From contig JAYWIR010000010.1 of assembly GCA_036172245.1 (NCBI GenBank), forward strand, positions 682,001 through 746,000: a stretch of 64,000 bases of DNA, given 5' to 3'. Of the stretch, positions 39,801 through 53,900 are shown piece after piece. This DNA comes from Raillietiella orientalis. Its lineage: Eukaryota. Position numbers and translations under genes: made by a program. Positions within the stretch are counted from its first letter, which is position 1, and each line of letters opens with the position of its first letter. The notes below the pieces were generated by a model that was not told where the DNA came from, searched no databases, and saw only the letters and a list, made by a program, of their open reading frames with translations.

Positions 39801-41997
39801 TTGAAGCCATGGGGCATGACTTATCTTAAAGATCAGTAAAGAAAATGTGGCTCTTCCGGAATCAAGAAGCTTCAAAAGAGGCGGTTTCTTCGAAAAGCGA
39901 GAATTCTCATTTGCTGGTGTTTTCTTCCAGATCTTCCTAAAGTAATGAAAATATTCACATTTGCAATAATTCGCATTTGCATTCTTTCAGTAATCTTTTC
40001 GTATGTTTCCCTTTTTCTGATCATTTTCCCAAGCCAGATCGAGTTGACCCGCAATCTAGATTTTCCTGACCTTCATCCAATATCTCGCTACCATCCGCCA
40101 TACAAGTGCCTCTTGGTTAACACTATTCTTCCTTTAAGATCAGATATCCCAGTTACATGGACGCACCACACTCTCTCTTTAAAAAAAAAAAAAAAAAAGC
40201 TCTCTCTTTCACTGATTTCCTCGTTTATTACCATCAGCATCGGTTTACTGTCCGCCACAAATCAAATCGTAGAATGTTTCATGCTCGAATTCTCTATTCC
40301 AGATTTCATCTTTGGCTCTGCATCCTTGATGGCAACCGGTTTCCATGGTCTCCGACGTAATAGCCAGCCCTACTCTTCCTTGCTCTGTCGCTATCTCAAA
40401 TTTCCGCACTCTTTCAGTATTGGCACTGTGTGATTCCTCCTCTTTCTATATTTACGAGCATGCTCTTTTAGCATATTTAGCACAAGGGACTTCCAGTCAT
40501 TCAGGGATGAAGAATAGTGCTTTTAGTGTAACATAACGCATTGTCCCTTCAAGATGAAAATCTTAAGAACATTCGAGTTAAGCTTATGAGTACCACTGCT
40601 AATGGTAAGAATTTTCTTCAGCTCTTATGAAGCCTACCATCATTGAAAATTATTCTAACAATAATCTAATTAAATCGTCCATAATCTTCCTAAGCATTTT
40701 CAACGCTTCGCTGTGGATAAGCAAAAAAGACTAAAATCACAGTTAAACAAAACATTTGTTTTGCAAAGCAAAAATTTTCAGTTTTGAACGAAGTAATGCT
40801 TACAGCAATCGATGAATTGATGCACCACTCAATTAAGGAGGTCAACTGAAGGACCTCCACATCCTTCCAAAGCTGCATTTTATCTCCCCCCGTCCTCTCT
40901 TGTTTCTTCCGGTCATTCTGGACCGCGGTCTTCCAAATTTCTGGTTCTGAATGCACAGTCAGATCACAGTTCCTTCCGTGGCAAAGTACACGGTGATCTG
41001 GTACGCGCCTCACCAAGTGAGCAAAGCGTACAGCAGAATCGTGCCAACGTACAAACTGCTGGTCCACGTTTACCTCCTGAACGCCCGCAAAGCACCGAGT
41101 AATCTCAAACGCAGTCGCAAGATTTGTTGATCAGCATCTTCACCTGGTCTTGGAGCAACCGGTTCAGGTCAAGCAGTGGCGAGGAAACCGCTCCTTGGAA
41201 AAGGGGAAGGGAGATGTTTCAAATGGTGTTTGGTTCCTTCCCCCCCCCTCGGGGCTGCGATCGTTCCCTTTGCTCAAATTTACGGTACGAGTACCTCGCC
41301 CGGATGCTGCAGGTGCTCCGTTTGATTTGTTTCCATGGAGTGCTGCTTTTTGTAGACTCCTCGCAGCCGTTGGCAACGGGGAGGATGCTATTTGCTTCCG
41401 TTTCCATCCTTCGGGAGAGGTCTTCCGCCGTTCTTGTTCCTCCTTGCCCTCCCGTCTCGCCTCATTTTTTTTTTTTCTCTTCGTCCGTTTCTTCAAGGAT
41501 TCCATAGAGGCTGCTGCGTGCTTAGGATTTCTCTGATAGAGGAACTCGATTTTCTTTATCGGTTTTGTAGATAAGGCAAGTGGAAATCTGAGCATAGCCA
41601 TGACACCAAAAGGTGACACGTGGTAGATGTTTACCCGTGATCTTAGGTACGGCCCTCCTACCCTTTCTTCCCACCTCTCCGTGCAATTTACGCCGCGCCT
41701 CAGTGTCGTTTGGCCGGAAAACTCCTCCCTCGTTGGTCTGATCACAGTCAGCTGTTACATGTGGTATGTCAGTCCATCACATCCACTTCCACTGGGCGGA
41801 TGTGCTTTGGGTTCTTTTTTTTTGTAATGTGAAAATTCGCGCAGTGAATATTTTTTTTTTTTGCAGAATCCCAAGGGCAAAGCCACGCACTTACTATCTG
41901 ATGAAACAGCTTTTCCAAGATAAGGGAAGGAAAGCAGATAAAAAGCAAATGATAAAGAACGGTTTCACTAAACCGAGGGGGGGGGGGGGACAGGGGG

Positions 41998-42036
41998 GAA
42001 GAAGAAGAAGAAGAAGAAGAAGAAGAAGAAGAAGAA
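41998..42036 (+). repeat. (GAA)13 microsatellite
   Basis: Direct reading; preceded by G-runs. Confidence 0.95.
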
Positions 42037-43958
42037 TGAAAAACACTTCTGACGCGCTCGTTTAATTGCTTAGGAGCTTTCAAATTGGATTCCCCGATGC
42101 CGTGTTTCATTGAGCCAGAAATCCATAAGGAATGACGTTGGGCATGTTGAAAGACTGTCGTATACGAATTGGTGACATATGAATGCCGTGAATTTAGGCT
42201 GCTGCCTCGGGAGGAACCGTTCGGGATCCACAAGTAAGCGAATGTTTTATCTTTTTTACTTTTTTTTTTTTTTCTCTCTTTCCAGGGAAATTCATACTTT
42301 GGAAAGCGTACTCGTTTTTGAATTGCCACATCAGAAAGCAAAGTATGCGCACTCTGGAGTGAAATATGAACATTTTCCGTTGCTTCCCCGTGTGGGCTCA
42401 TTCACACAGCTACGATTTGAAAAAGAGAGAGCAGCACTTTGCCAATCAGATGGAGGTGTACGAGAATCACGTCATCGGGAACTCCAGCATCCAATTCTTA
42501 GCCTATAAATCCAACATCGTCACATCTTTGGGCTCCAAGATTTCAAACCACAAAGACATGAGGAAATACATGATTCGAACGTAGAAACGAGTTCTCTTCA
42601 TTCCCGAGCGTGGACTGGGGGGGTCACAGCGGTTGATCACCATGGGCTATCCAGAAACTCTGAGCACTTCATCAAAACCACGTGGACGCACGGCAGCTGA
42701 TCCGAGGGAACACCTCTTTTCGAATATCGTCTTGCGAAAGCGGAGGACTATAATCACAAGCGGCCAATCATTCGAATACACTCGTTACGGATATGTGGTC
42801 GAGAATGAAGGCAAGGATGAGGAACGGTGGTAAGAACGAAGGACGGTCACTTGCAGAGGACTTGTGGCCTTCATCATGGCCTTCAGTGAAAATAGGTTGC
42901 GGCATCTCAGTAAGTCTCTGTCCCATTCTTGGGTGATTTCAGGCGTCAGCAGGGAGCAAGTGGTACGTGGAAATGGACAGGCTGTTCCAACAGCAAGGCA
43001 GGAATTTCAAGCTGGGGATTGAAAAATGGCTCCCTTGTTTTCGAACAGCCCCTAACCAATTTGTTCCTCCCCCCCCCCCCCATCTGATGAAGAGAGGACA
43101 TTTGATAAATTAAGCTCCCATGCAAAGTTACTTTGGTTGTCTATCATTTGTTATATGTCCCCCATTGCATGAAGTGCTGAAAGTTGCAGCATTTGGTGAA
43201 TTCCCAGAAAGGTATTCCAAATTAACTCTTGTGCATTCCCTTGTACCCAATGTCTCCTTCTTTATTTAGTATGCAGATGAGCCAAGTACCCATATGAGGA
43301 GTCTTATTATGTGTCATCTTATTTGTCGAACGTGCTCATGACATCGCTTCAAGATTATGGGTCGCTGCCAAATCGATTTCGATAACCCCTTTGGGTACCT
43401 ATTCTCACCAGGAAACGGCACCCAAATCGCACCTTACAAGCAGCATCCATCGCCGTACGAACAAATCGATTGATTATTATGCAATTCTATTCGTATCAAT
43501 AACAAACACATTGGCGCACTCATCGTCTACTCATAAACAGCGCTGGTGATAGGAACAGTCATTCTTCCGTGAACGACTTTCGTTTGCTATGGTTTTTTAC
43601 TCACATTATCAGTGCCGTGCACTTTTCACTCATTTCATGAATGGGGTTAACGTAGCTTATGGATAAGCATAGGTGAAACAGTTTGTTTGTAGAGCGTGTT
43701 TTCCTCGAAAAGGAAAATAGAATGCTTCGTTCTTTTTTTTCCCCCCGCTACAAAGCATTCCTTGCCGTAGGATTGGGTAAGTTCAACCGAACGACTCGAA
43801 AGAAGCTTTTTGTCTCGAGGCACTGAATCTGTTTAACCAAGGAAAGAGGGAGATGCTGAGCTTACGAAACGCACTGATTTTCGGAAAGCATGCGAAGAAG
43901 AGCATTGTGCAAGCAGCAACTACAGGAAGGCCCTCGGACGCGCTTGAAGACCATGCTG

Positions 43959-44002
43959 AAGAAAAGGCCTGCTTCAGTTTCATCTGAAGCAGGCCTTTTC
44001 TT
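43959..44002. repeat. Perfect 19-bp inverted repeat with 6-nt spacer
   Basis: AAGAAAAGGCCTGCTTCAG-tttcat-CTGAAGCAGGCCTTTTCTT. Confidence 0.95.
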
Positions 44003-47000
44003 TCACACAAAAGGGAACGCAAAGGGGGAAGAAACATTTTTTAGGGGTCTAAGCGAACTGGTGAGGCAGTTTGCAAGAGGGGATGCCATTTAAGATGAAT
44101 GTCATAGGAGGAATCAACCTTCAACGCTCCCAGAACACCATCAGGACAGGCTGAGTAAAGATGGCCACGAGAAGATTTTTAGGAATAATCACAGTCCAGG
44201 ATAATAACATCGGAATGAAGGGCGTTTTGGTAAATATGTATATGGAGGACCAAAGTGGAGAACCGAAGGAATGTTTCAAATTGATGACCCGTCTAGGTGA
44301 CCGTCTGCCATGCTTCTAGAGGCGTAGTCTTGCGCGTAGAGAGGCACCGATGGATGAAAAGCTTTCGGATGCAGCTATGGAAATTCAGGAGTTTTCCCGT
44401 GCATCTTGTGGAGTGATTGCGGAAGCGAACATCGTTTTTAAATTGTATCTGAGGCGTAGCACAAAGGGAGTAGGAAAGAAAAAGAAAAAAAAAAAAAAGC
44501 CCTTCCACATAAACTGCCGCCGAGTTTGAAGCAGAGCAGATGAGAAATCGGATTGGACTGATGGAATCTTGAATCCAAAAACTGGATTGCCGGACTGAAG
44601 GCAAACATGCAAGTTCCTAAGAGAAAAAGCCATGGCACTGAATACATAAAGGGTAAATAAACGTCGAAGGGAAACCTCACACCATTTATCGACTTCAGTT
44701 CACAAAAATATGTTGCCAAGTCCTGTTGACATTGCACCTGACCAACCCGAGAATGTGGGAAAGCATCCTTACCTTTGGTGAGCCTGAGTTGTATCTGATA
44801 GCCTTGGCGAATAACCAAAGAGTGAATACAGAGCGCTCGTTCTGACAGAGTGGACCATCAAGAGCTGATCTTTGTGAGGCAAACCCCGAAGGGATGTTGG
44901 AATTTTTTTCACTGAAAGAGATTGGAAGGGTTCTGAGGCAGCAGCAGCTGCAGTGGTCATTCGAGAACAGAACTTGAGTAGAAGATGGAGAGGGAAGGCG
45001 ATCGTTTGGAGAGTAGGGACTTGGGACAATTTACAACGTCACGTAGTAGGAGGATAAGACTGCCGCAAAGCGATCAGGAGTGACAAGACAGCTTTTAACA
45101 GTAACCGCGAGGGCGATAACAGGAAGAAGAAAAGCAAAGAATCGTCTGGAAGAACATTCAGAGATCAGGAGAAGATCAGTGACAGCTTTTATGTTGCTGC
45201 TTCCAATCGGGAGGGAGGAGACTCAGAAGATTAAATTCCTTTAGCAAGATAGCAAAGGAGAACCTCTTTCATAGAGGTTGCAAACGCTTCCCAAAGAGAC
45301 CATCGTTCCATGAGTAAAACGACTGATTCGAATTCGTCCATTAAAATGGGAAGAACCTTACAGTTAAACGATGTCCAGCGACTTCACAAAAATCTTCTTA
45401 AACTGCAAAGTCAGGTGCTCGTCTTCAATGTTGCAAATATTCCCGTGGTTCTGAAGAATGAAGGAAGAGGAGGAAAAAGCGAACCGATGCCAGTAATTAA
45501 GCAAGAAAGAGAGAGAGAGAGAGAAAGAAACGCTGTTGCAGAAAATGACAGACTTGGAGAAAAGGAAAACTTCCGGAAACTGGCAAGAACGGGGTAAAAA
45601 TTACTTGTGCCAGATCATCTGTGCTGCTTTGTGCACAGTCGCGTAGCAACGACCTGTGGACCTGCTAAACGACGGAGCAAGATGCAAAGGAAAGAAGAGC
45701 TTGCTTGCTGGGGACCAGGCGGTGGCATCCATGAATAAAGGAAAATCCAATTTCACGTGATGTGGCTGCGAATCCGAAATAAATAAGCGGATAGCTCATA
45801 GATTTTTGCACAACGCAACGTACTCGTTTGCTTGTGCCTCTAAAACTGAATGCTCCAAGAAAAAAAAGACGAGAAATTCTTTTCCCCACAACTTGTGTCG
45901 AAAACACACGTGCAAATAATTTCCTAGATTAATTAAAGCTGGGAGAAAGAATTACAGCCGATGAGAAAGACAGCACAATGGCTGCGAAATCCGTAGTGGA
46001 CTGACTGATTCCGGCGCTTCTCAGCATCACTGTTCCTATTCCTCCGCTCTATTTCATAATAGTAACTCGGGATCACAGTAGCATCGATCATCACTTTTAA
46101 ATACATGTAGTTGCATCGTTTCCGATTTGATTTTTTTTTTTTTTTTTTTTTTTTTTACGAGCATCCTGAAGCATTAGATCCTCAACTGTTTTCTGACCTA
46201 AGAAAAAATCAATCAAAATTAGAAATTAAATAATGTTTCTACAATTATCTTCAATTTTCAAGGACTTTGTTCCATCTTATCCCGCTTCCCTTTAGATCTC
46301 TGTACGAGCTCTTCATCTTTCCTCGTATTACAATCATACTGAGGGGCCCACTGAAAACAGTTCCATGTTCTGGATTGACAGGTAAGGGATCATCTTCCGG
46401 ATGATGCCACTTCTGGACCACCTTGCCTTTAGTCTTAAGTTTCTTCTCCCTTATCACGAATTGTTCTCGCTGCTCAGAATGAAAGCCCAGAAGCTCACCG
46501 ACGTCAGTTGACTGCTTCCAGACGGAACGAGAAACTGCGTGATGAGAGAGTTCGCATCGATGGATGACGTGGGCTACGTTCCACATTCCTCATCCACGTT
46601 CACGAAAGCTTGTGGATGAAGTGGATGGCGATGAAAACCAAGGATTACCGTTGCGACCCCAATGAGATGTGGCGAGACTCGAGTAGGGAATGGAGATGTC
46701 TCGAGGGTGATCTTGACTCTGCGCAAACACGTGTGTACCTATGCGTAACGTCAACTAGAACTACGTAGCAATGGACCTAGAGGCCCGAAATGACCCTAGC
46801 ATATAGGGAAGCAGTCATCAGCGCTAAGAGTAGACAGGTCATTGTGACCTGGTGATGGATACATGCAGCCCCTAAACGGGATGCTGGGAGGAGGAGGAAC
46901 AGTTCGGTTCTTTTTAGGAGTCTTCTAGGGGACAAAATAAGCAGGCAACGCGTACTGGACATTTTGGTCCAGCACCAGAGTCGCGATCGCCCAGTACGGC

Positions 47001-48439
47001 CTTGCAAGTGTATGGTGTCCCTTGCTCTGCAGAGCCGCATGCGCGGTCACCCCCAATCTCGTGTTCAGGGTATCCTGATTTCCGGATGTGTTCTTCATAC
47101 GTCCCTAGACTTGTCCGCGGACATAAGAAGCATGCTTATTTGACCCAGCGTTTTGTTCCTGTCCATTATTTTCATTCAAGGTTCATAGATAAGATCGATG
47201 AATTCAGCCACGCATGTAGTTTTGATGATAAGACGGGATGACAATGTTTTTAAGGAACTCACGGTGGCAGCCCCACTTTAGGGGCAGTGCAGAAGAGAAA
47301 TACGAGAACATCTCGGTATTACCCACATGATTCCATAGCAGTCAATTACCTTGTAAACGAGATCAAAGTTTGAAAAGTCAGCAGCCGATCACTCATTTTT
47401 TATAAATTCAAACTTTGCTACGGCAAATAATTTTATATACACAAAAGGCAATGTGATAATTCTTAATTGATTGAGGTCCATTGAAATTATTATAGCTTTG
47501 ATCGACACCTTCTAAAGGAAACAGTACACGTTTGCGGACGGGAGGGATGAAGCATAAGTGCTCTATAAATCCGGGAGGGATGCTGTGGATGAACTGCGTC
47601 CCCATTCCCTCTTTTCAATAGAGGCAACCACACGCCATCTTTGTCTTCCTTGCCCCTCCGCGTGCCTTATCCGTGGACAGAATGGAGCAGAATGGGTCGA
47701 TTCCCTCCAATTGCAGTCATTCCGCCTAAATTCGCCTTCCATTTTTACACCAACAGCTGTCGATGACGTCGTGGGGGCACCCCTGCTAGACTACACGATT
47801 GCCGGACGTCTTTTGAATTTTTGAATCCACTCGGACGTAAATGAGGAATTGCATCATAAGGAGATGAAGGGAGGGATTGCTTTCGACTGTTGTGAATTCC
47901 GTTGGCGAATACAATCTTGGGGCAGAGGAAGAAAAAAAACAAACTATCAAGCCCGATACTCCTTTAAACAAAAGGAATGCCCTCTTGATTAAGACCACAG
48001 TGATTCATGTGACCGGCTTTCTAGTGCTTGCTGCGAAAGAGCTGCTGAAGGCTTCTATGTGAAGAGGAATTCACCGTCACCACCCGGAGGGCGCGCCACC
48101 GCCTTATTTTCTGCTTGACGAATGCATTTGCGAAAAACTGAGGCCTCCTTTTCCTCCCGTTTTCCTTTTCCGAACGACTCCGTTTCCATGGTGGCGTGCA
48201 GTTTTCCGTTTCACGAAGATGGCGGCTGTGCATTTGGCCACCAATTCGTTGCATTTGGGATCCCGCACTGGCAAAGAACTCGCTGAGTCTCGAGAACTTC
48301 GGGCGTCCTCCGCTTATCTAGAAATGACAGCTACGGTGGATCGTGAAGAAGAAAATGATGAAAGCCGAGGACACTGGATTTCTCCGGCATGGGCTTCTCC
48401 TGGTTACATCTTAGGTTCTTTCTGCTTAACAAGTCCTCT

Positions 48440-48960
48440 GTGTCATGGGCACTATCGCACTGTAATTCTACTTTCATTTCCCATCTACCAAGATTCTGAT
48501 CAGCCCACCCAGAATGCATTAGCATTTCCAACTCTACAAGGATTTCTAGATCTTGAGGGATTTATGCCCCCGACGCACTACCACCAGCTTAGGCAAACAC
48601 GAGGTAACTGAAAGACATACGAGGCGGTGGAATACTGCAATCGCTTCCGATTCAACCGTGGGACAATTCTTGGTACACCACTTTCCGCTGAGGATCGAAA
48701 TGATGAAGGATTTTTTCATGCAGCTGGTCATGTCGTAGAAGGGAAGGCTGGAAATCCTCCTCTTCGAGCATCAGAACGCGGCTGTGACCGCCTGACCGAG
48801 TTGCGAGTTGTTGTTACCGTTACCCCACATAGTGAGCACATCCCATCCCGGGGCACCTGGCAAGTGCTCCCTGAGGCAAATCGAACCAGACGAATGCAAT
48901 GTGGCGAATTGCTTGCCGCGTTTGCATCGGAAGGTGCGCGTGAAAAGCAATTGGACCCAC
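48440..48960 (+). mobile_element. Possible decayed piggyBac-like transposase C-terminus
   Basis: Broken-frame remnants GHYRTVI..QNAL..QLYK..FPLRIEM..EHIPSRG..KC..ECNVANCL in the order of the PGBD C-terminal helix and Cys-rich tail; no TIR/TTAA found. Confidence 0.2.
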
Positions 48961-49359
48961 TCACCGCTTTCCCTATTCAGACCGCCCTTTGAGCGGTTGG
49001 CACGCGCAACGGGGTGCCCACCTTTGCGGCACCAGCCGACATCGGCTTCGCGTGAACCGCCGGGGTCACCGTTCCACAAAAATTACCCCCTCTGAAGGCT
49101 GCCCTCCGTCCATTTTCAGCATGAGACTGATGAGTACTCACTCATTACAAATATTCTCTGATTCTCTGTGCTATTTATTATGTTTGAAGACTTTTTGATC
49201 GTGCTCAGGGTGATCAGAGATGTCATCGGATGGGAAGGGGGGCATCACGTTCACTGCTTTCATACTATCGGAGGCCAATTCATAGCAAAAGGTCATTGTG
49301 GGAAAGATGGGTCGGTCGTTCTTCAGCGTGTGTGCTTTTCAATTTTTACTCATTTTATA

Positions 49360-49720
49360 CTCGACTCACGAATATTTCCGCATTTTTCGCATAATCGCCA
49401 CGAAGTGTACCGCCGTATTCTACGCCGACCTCTACAAGAATCCTTTCCTTCCTTGTCTACGAAACAAATTCCCTGCGAAATGGGAAGACTCACTACACAC
49501 CCACTTCGGGTGAGCAATGGGACAGCCCCACTCAACAGGCATCGCTGCCCTACGCCTGGATCGGTGCGCCCCTATCAAAAAGTGCTCTTGCTCTATGAGA
49601 CGTGGGGCCCAAAGTCGGTTTCCGCTGCCAACACCGGCATCGTTGCTGCCCGGCCCGTCAAAATCACGGGAATTTCGATTCGAGCCGCCTATGTATGTGT
49701 GGACGCGGTGCTCACCAGGC
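49360..49720 (+). mobile_element. Diverged L1/Tx1-like ORF2 fragment (region just before the zf-RVT)
   Basis: TAVFYADLYKNPFLP..PAKWEDSLHTHF/EQWD pattern (Y..L..P..KWE..L....W) typical of L1-clade ORF2 C-terminal region; stops and frameshifts. Confidence 0.4.
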
Positions 49721-50958
49721 TGATCCCCCCCCCCCCCATCTTGTTCGTCCGTTTCCCAAGACAAAAAAAAAGAAAATTGCAGCTTGGAGTCCTCGGACCG
49801 GCACCCCTTTTCCATTCGGCCGATTCTGCACACAAGGCGAAAAGTTTTGGACCGCCCCTTTCAATCAGAAAGAGGGGGGAGGGAAAAAAATTCGTCGTGG
49901 CATCATTTCCTCTTCTGCATCATTTTCGAAATGTTTTTTTTCCTGTAGGTTTTATTCGTATCTTGAATCCACAATATTCGAGCTAGCACACACACACATC
50001 TGAATTGTGGCTCTGGACGTTTCTGGCAAAACAAAACCCTCAGCAGCAACGATGACAAATGTTTCTGGAATTTGCATGCAAGTATGGAAGTTTAAATGTT
50101 TTGCAATATTTAAATTTCCATACTTGCATGCCGATTCTACCGGCAATGTCCTCTTTTTCAGTGTTACACAGCTTTCAAATTGAACAACGTGCAAAGAACG
50201 CGTATCCGTTTTGAGGGCCATTTCAAATGTCTTTTGTTACAAAAGCAACCAAACCTGCAATCAAGCAGCAAAGTGTATATCCACACCATCTTTAAAACGT
50301 ATTATGGTTTTTGTTTTCGCCTTCTGAAATCATTTGTTTACCAAAACTATTAATAGCAGTGAAGTCAACCGTTTCAATAAAAATATTCTGTTACCCAGAT
50401 CATCTGCTGTGACACAACACCTTGAATCTCTGACACTTATTTCAGTTTACCAAATCCCTTAAACCTTTGGAAAATCCCACTCCAAAAAAGAAAAACCGTT
50501 TTCTTGTGCATTCATGGCTATTAAGAAATTGTAAACGAAGTCATATACATAAATACACTGTTAATCGCTTTTTGATTTCAGTTTACTTTCATAATTAATG
50601 ATGATAAAGATTGCATCAATGCTTGTGAAACTGTGATCAGGCAACACTTGCACCACCCTTGAAACAATCATGCCATTCGCCTAATTCTGAAAACACCATC
50701 TGATTCTTTGCAAAATACCACAGGACCTAAGGAGATTCTTCACCACCACCTCAGCAAGTAGGGAACCATGGAAGAAAACACTGAAGTGAAGCTGGTTAAA
50801 TCACACCACTGGAGAGCTACTTGAAAATTATATTCAAATTTCAAATAAAATACCAAAGCTTCAAATCATATTTTTCACGATAAATGATACATAAAGAAGC
50901 AGGGAATCTCGTCACCAAATATTCAGAAGAGTTTCCATGATTGGTTGCAAAACCTGCA

Positions 50959-53900
50959 TCACAGTTGTGGACCCCAATTATTCCACATCTAGACATCACA
51001 ATAAATACTTCTTCTATCTGTTGTATATTCAAGTTACCTTAGGTTGCTGCTTTTCTGGTATCTCAGTAGATGGAGGACCAAGCTTCACTGAATTCCACAA
51101 ATCCATATCTCCTGCACCTCCCATTTCTGCTCCATATACAAGACCCAGATTATGCAATCCATTGACATTAGTATTTCCAATACCATAAATAGACCCACTA
51201 GGAAAAGGCAATCTGGTCTGGCCCCGTCCATCAACCTTGAGGGCATCATCAGGTAGTTGTAACAAAGAATAAGTATCTTCAAGAGAAGTGTTCCAGTATG
51301 TTGGATGTAACTGGTCTGAGGATGGTCCAAAGTGTGCATGGGTATCCATCTGCCTGTAGAATTTTCGAGATGCACGCTCACCACCAATGATTCCAATGTG
51401 GCGAACTTGCTTGCGATCTTCTCCGATAGCTTTTAAAGGTGAAGTTGATGAAGGTAATTCCTCAGAAAGATAAGGTGGTCTATGATGATACCCAATCAAG
51501 CGACTAAAGTCTGGACCACCAGCATAAGCAGCAGTTGGTGGTGGTGGTGGTGGTGGTGGAGGAGGAGGTGGAGGAGGAGGAGGTACTATATGTGTAGCAA
51601 CAGGTGATGTACCAAATTCCTGCGACACTGGAGGAACTCGGCCTGAGGGTATTCCACAAAGTGGACTGGCAGCAGACAAGCACACTGGATTGAAATAACC
51701 AACATGTTGTTGTAGAATCTGTTGCAGCCCATCACCTGACATCAGATATGATGGAGCACCACGTACTGAGAAGTCAGGGGCATTGGGATTTAATTTGGAC
51801 TGTATAGGGAGTGCAGCAGGCAGTGGATGGGAGAAGCTTGGTGTTGTAAAAGTAGGAGGCACAGAAAACCTTGCACTACCTATGGGAGGCAAATTCTGAG
51901 AGGGCATTGGCACATCTGAAGATCCTTTAGGCATGGAGGGCATTACATTCAAGGGTGTATAGGCCCGAGGCATGGCCAGCTCTGTGAAATTAGGACCAAC
52001 CATTCCCAATGGCATAGATGTGTCTGGAAGTGATGATGGCCTTAAATGAGGAGGTGGAGTCATAGTAGATCGTTTGAAAGGAGTTCCAATAGGGGCGACA
52101 GGAGGAGGTGTGGGCGTTCCAGGAGCACTATGCACACCTGTCTGCACTGGGCACACAGAATCAGGATTAGAGGGATCTGGTGATTCCATGGAAGTTTTCC
52201 TGTAACCAGGTGCTTTTGCCAAATCAACTTGTGGGAGATCCAAACTAGATACAGTGGAAGTAAAGCTGTTGGCATTGGCATGTACCATGCTGCAGGAGGA
52301 TGGAATTCCAGAAGCAGCAACTGAGGCAAAATTCATCCCCCTGTTTCCGTTTTCATCATCTTTTTGTCTCCACTTCTGAGTTACCTGCTGACTATCTATA
52401 AGATACTCCATTACTGATGCTACTTACTTTAGAAAAAATATTATTAAAAGGAGAATATTCAGGTCCAGAAGTGGGTGGCAAAGGCTTACTAGTCACAGGC
52501 ACTGGATGCTGACCTGCACTTTTCACAGAAGGAAAAAGCGGGATAGGTGCAGAAACCTTTGGTTTTTCAGGAGCAATTAAGGGAGTAGCTCCTTTGTGAG
52601 GGGAATGCATCCTGAATCTTCCTGTTGCTGACACCAGCAATGGTTCCACTCCAGGTCTGCGTGACCCCAAAGCCACTTTATTGGAGACTGTACTGGAGGG
52701 AAGGATCCTGATGGGATCCGACCAGTAGGGTGCTTTTTTGGGGGACTGTATCTGAGACCCAGAGGGCCAGACCAGAGATGATGATATGGGAGGATTGGTT
52801 GAATACTTAAAAGAACTAAGTGACGAGCTAGATGATGGCATCATTGTATTGGTGCTAACCAATGGAATTGGTCCCATCAACCGACTAGCTTTGTTGCATG
52901 CACTGTTGGTACCATTTTTTACAGTACTGGCCATGTTCATATGGGAAAAAAGATTCTGGAAAATCTCTCACATCTGTTTGTTACTCTTTCTTGTTCATAC
53001 TATCTGTGATGTTCCTCCTAAAGAACTCAGTCGGGGTGGAGTCAGCAGTGATTTTGTGGAAGGAGATCTGGGAACCAGTTCTGACAAATCTTTGTCTGGC
53101 TCGCGAACCAACGATAGGATGAGATTCTGAGCATGACGTGTAGTTTCTGCCGAACCCCGGATGATGATCGACCTATCGCCCTGACCTTTGCCCTGCTTCT
53201 CGACCTCAATATGAGCTCCAGAAACTTCCCGAATAGTATTAATATTGACACCACCTCGCCCTATAACACGGCTGATGGCATTAGCAGGCACAGACACCTT
53301 TTTGGATCTGTTAAAATAATAATTAAGCTGCAAACATGGAATTCATTAGCCTACCTGCGAACCACTTCTTTCCAACCTTCTTCCCGTTTTCCCGGCTTTT
53401 TAGGAGAGGCACATTTAAGCATGGACATAGGAATGCTACCATCTATCATATCATCCAAAACTCTAACACGACTGAGACTATCCATCAGCTTGCCCTCTGC
53501 TTCCACGCTATCTAAGTCTTGATAATCTTTTTTTCTTTTTTTGTATTTGGCATTAGTAATGCTAATGGAATGACGTGATGGAAGCTCAACATTTACCACT
53601 GGTGCTTGATTGATTTTGTGAGAAACTCGTAGTTCACGATTTTGCATATCTGATTTCTTGCAAGACTCTTCCTTCTCTTCCATCTCTTTAACTCCATTGG
53701 CTTTCAGTCCGGTAGTTTCCATACCACCAACTTCTTCGTGAAGCTTTTCTTTCCTTTCACATCCACTGCTAACATCAATTCCACTATCCTTATCAGCATC
53801 TTTATCTTTTTCTTTGTCTTTATGAGTACAGAAAATAGTGGGATTCTCATCCAGTTGGATTTCTGCTTCCTCTTCTTCTTCTTCCTCTTGTTCTTCTTCC

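Noticed and set aside
42121..42197. Possible GA-AG intron (AAG|GAATGA) or TGA recoding to rescue the orphan frame
   Set aside because: Phase and length do not fit, and TGA is the normal stop in MKS1 and mask.
49168..49986. 272-aa plus-strand ORF
   Set aside because: Mosaic over a decayed LINE fragment and homopolymer runs; no domain recognised.
47000..50958. 4E-BP readthrough partner downstream of mask, as in vertebrate ANKHD1-EIF4EBP3
   Set aside because: No 4E-BP-like motif seen in the ORF track or by reading.
51536..51583. (GGT)n/(GGA)n tract
   Set aside because: It simply encodes the MASK polyproline run.
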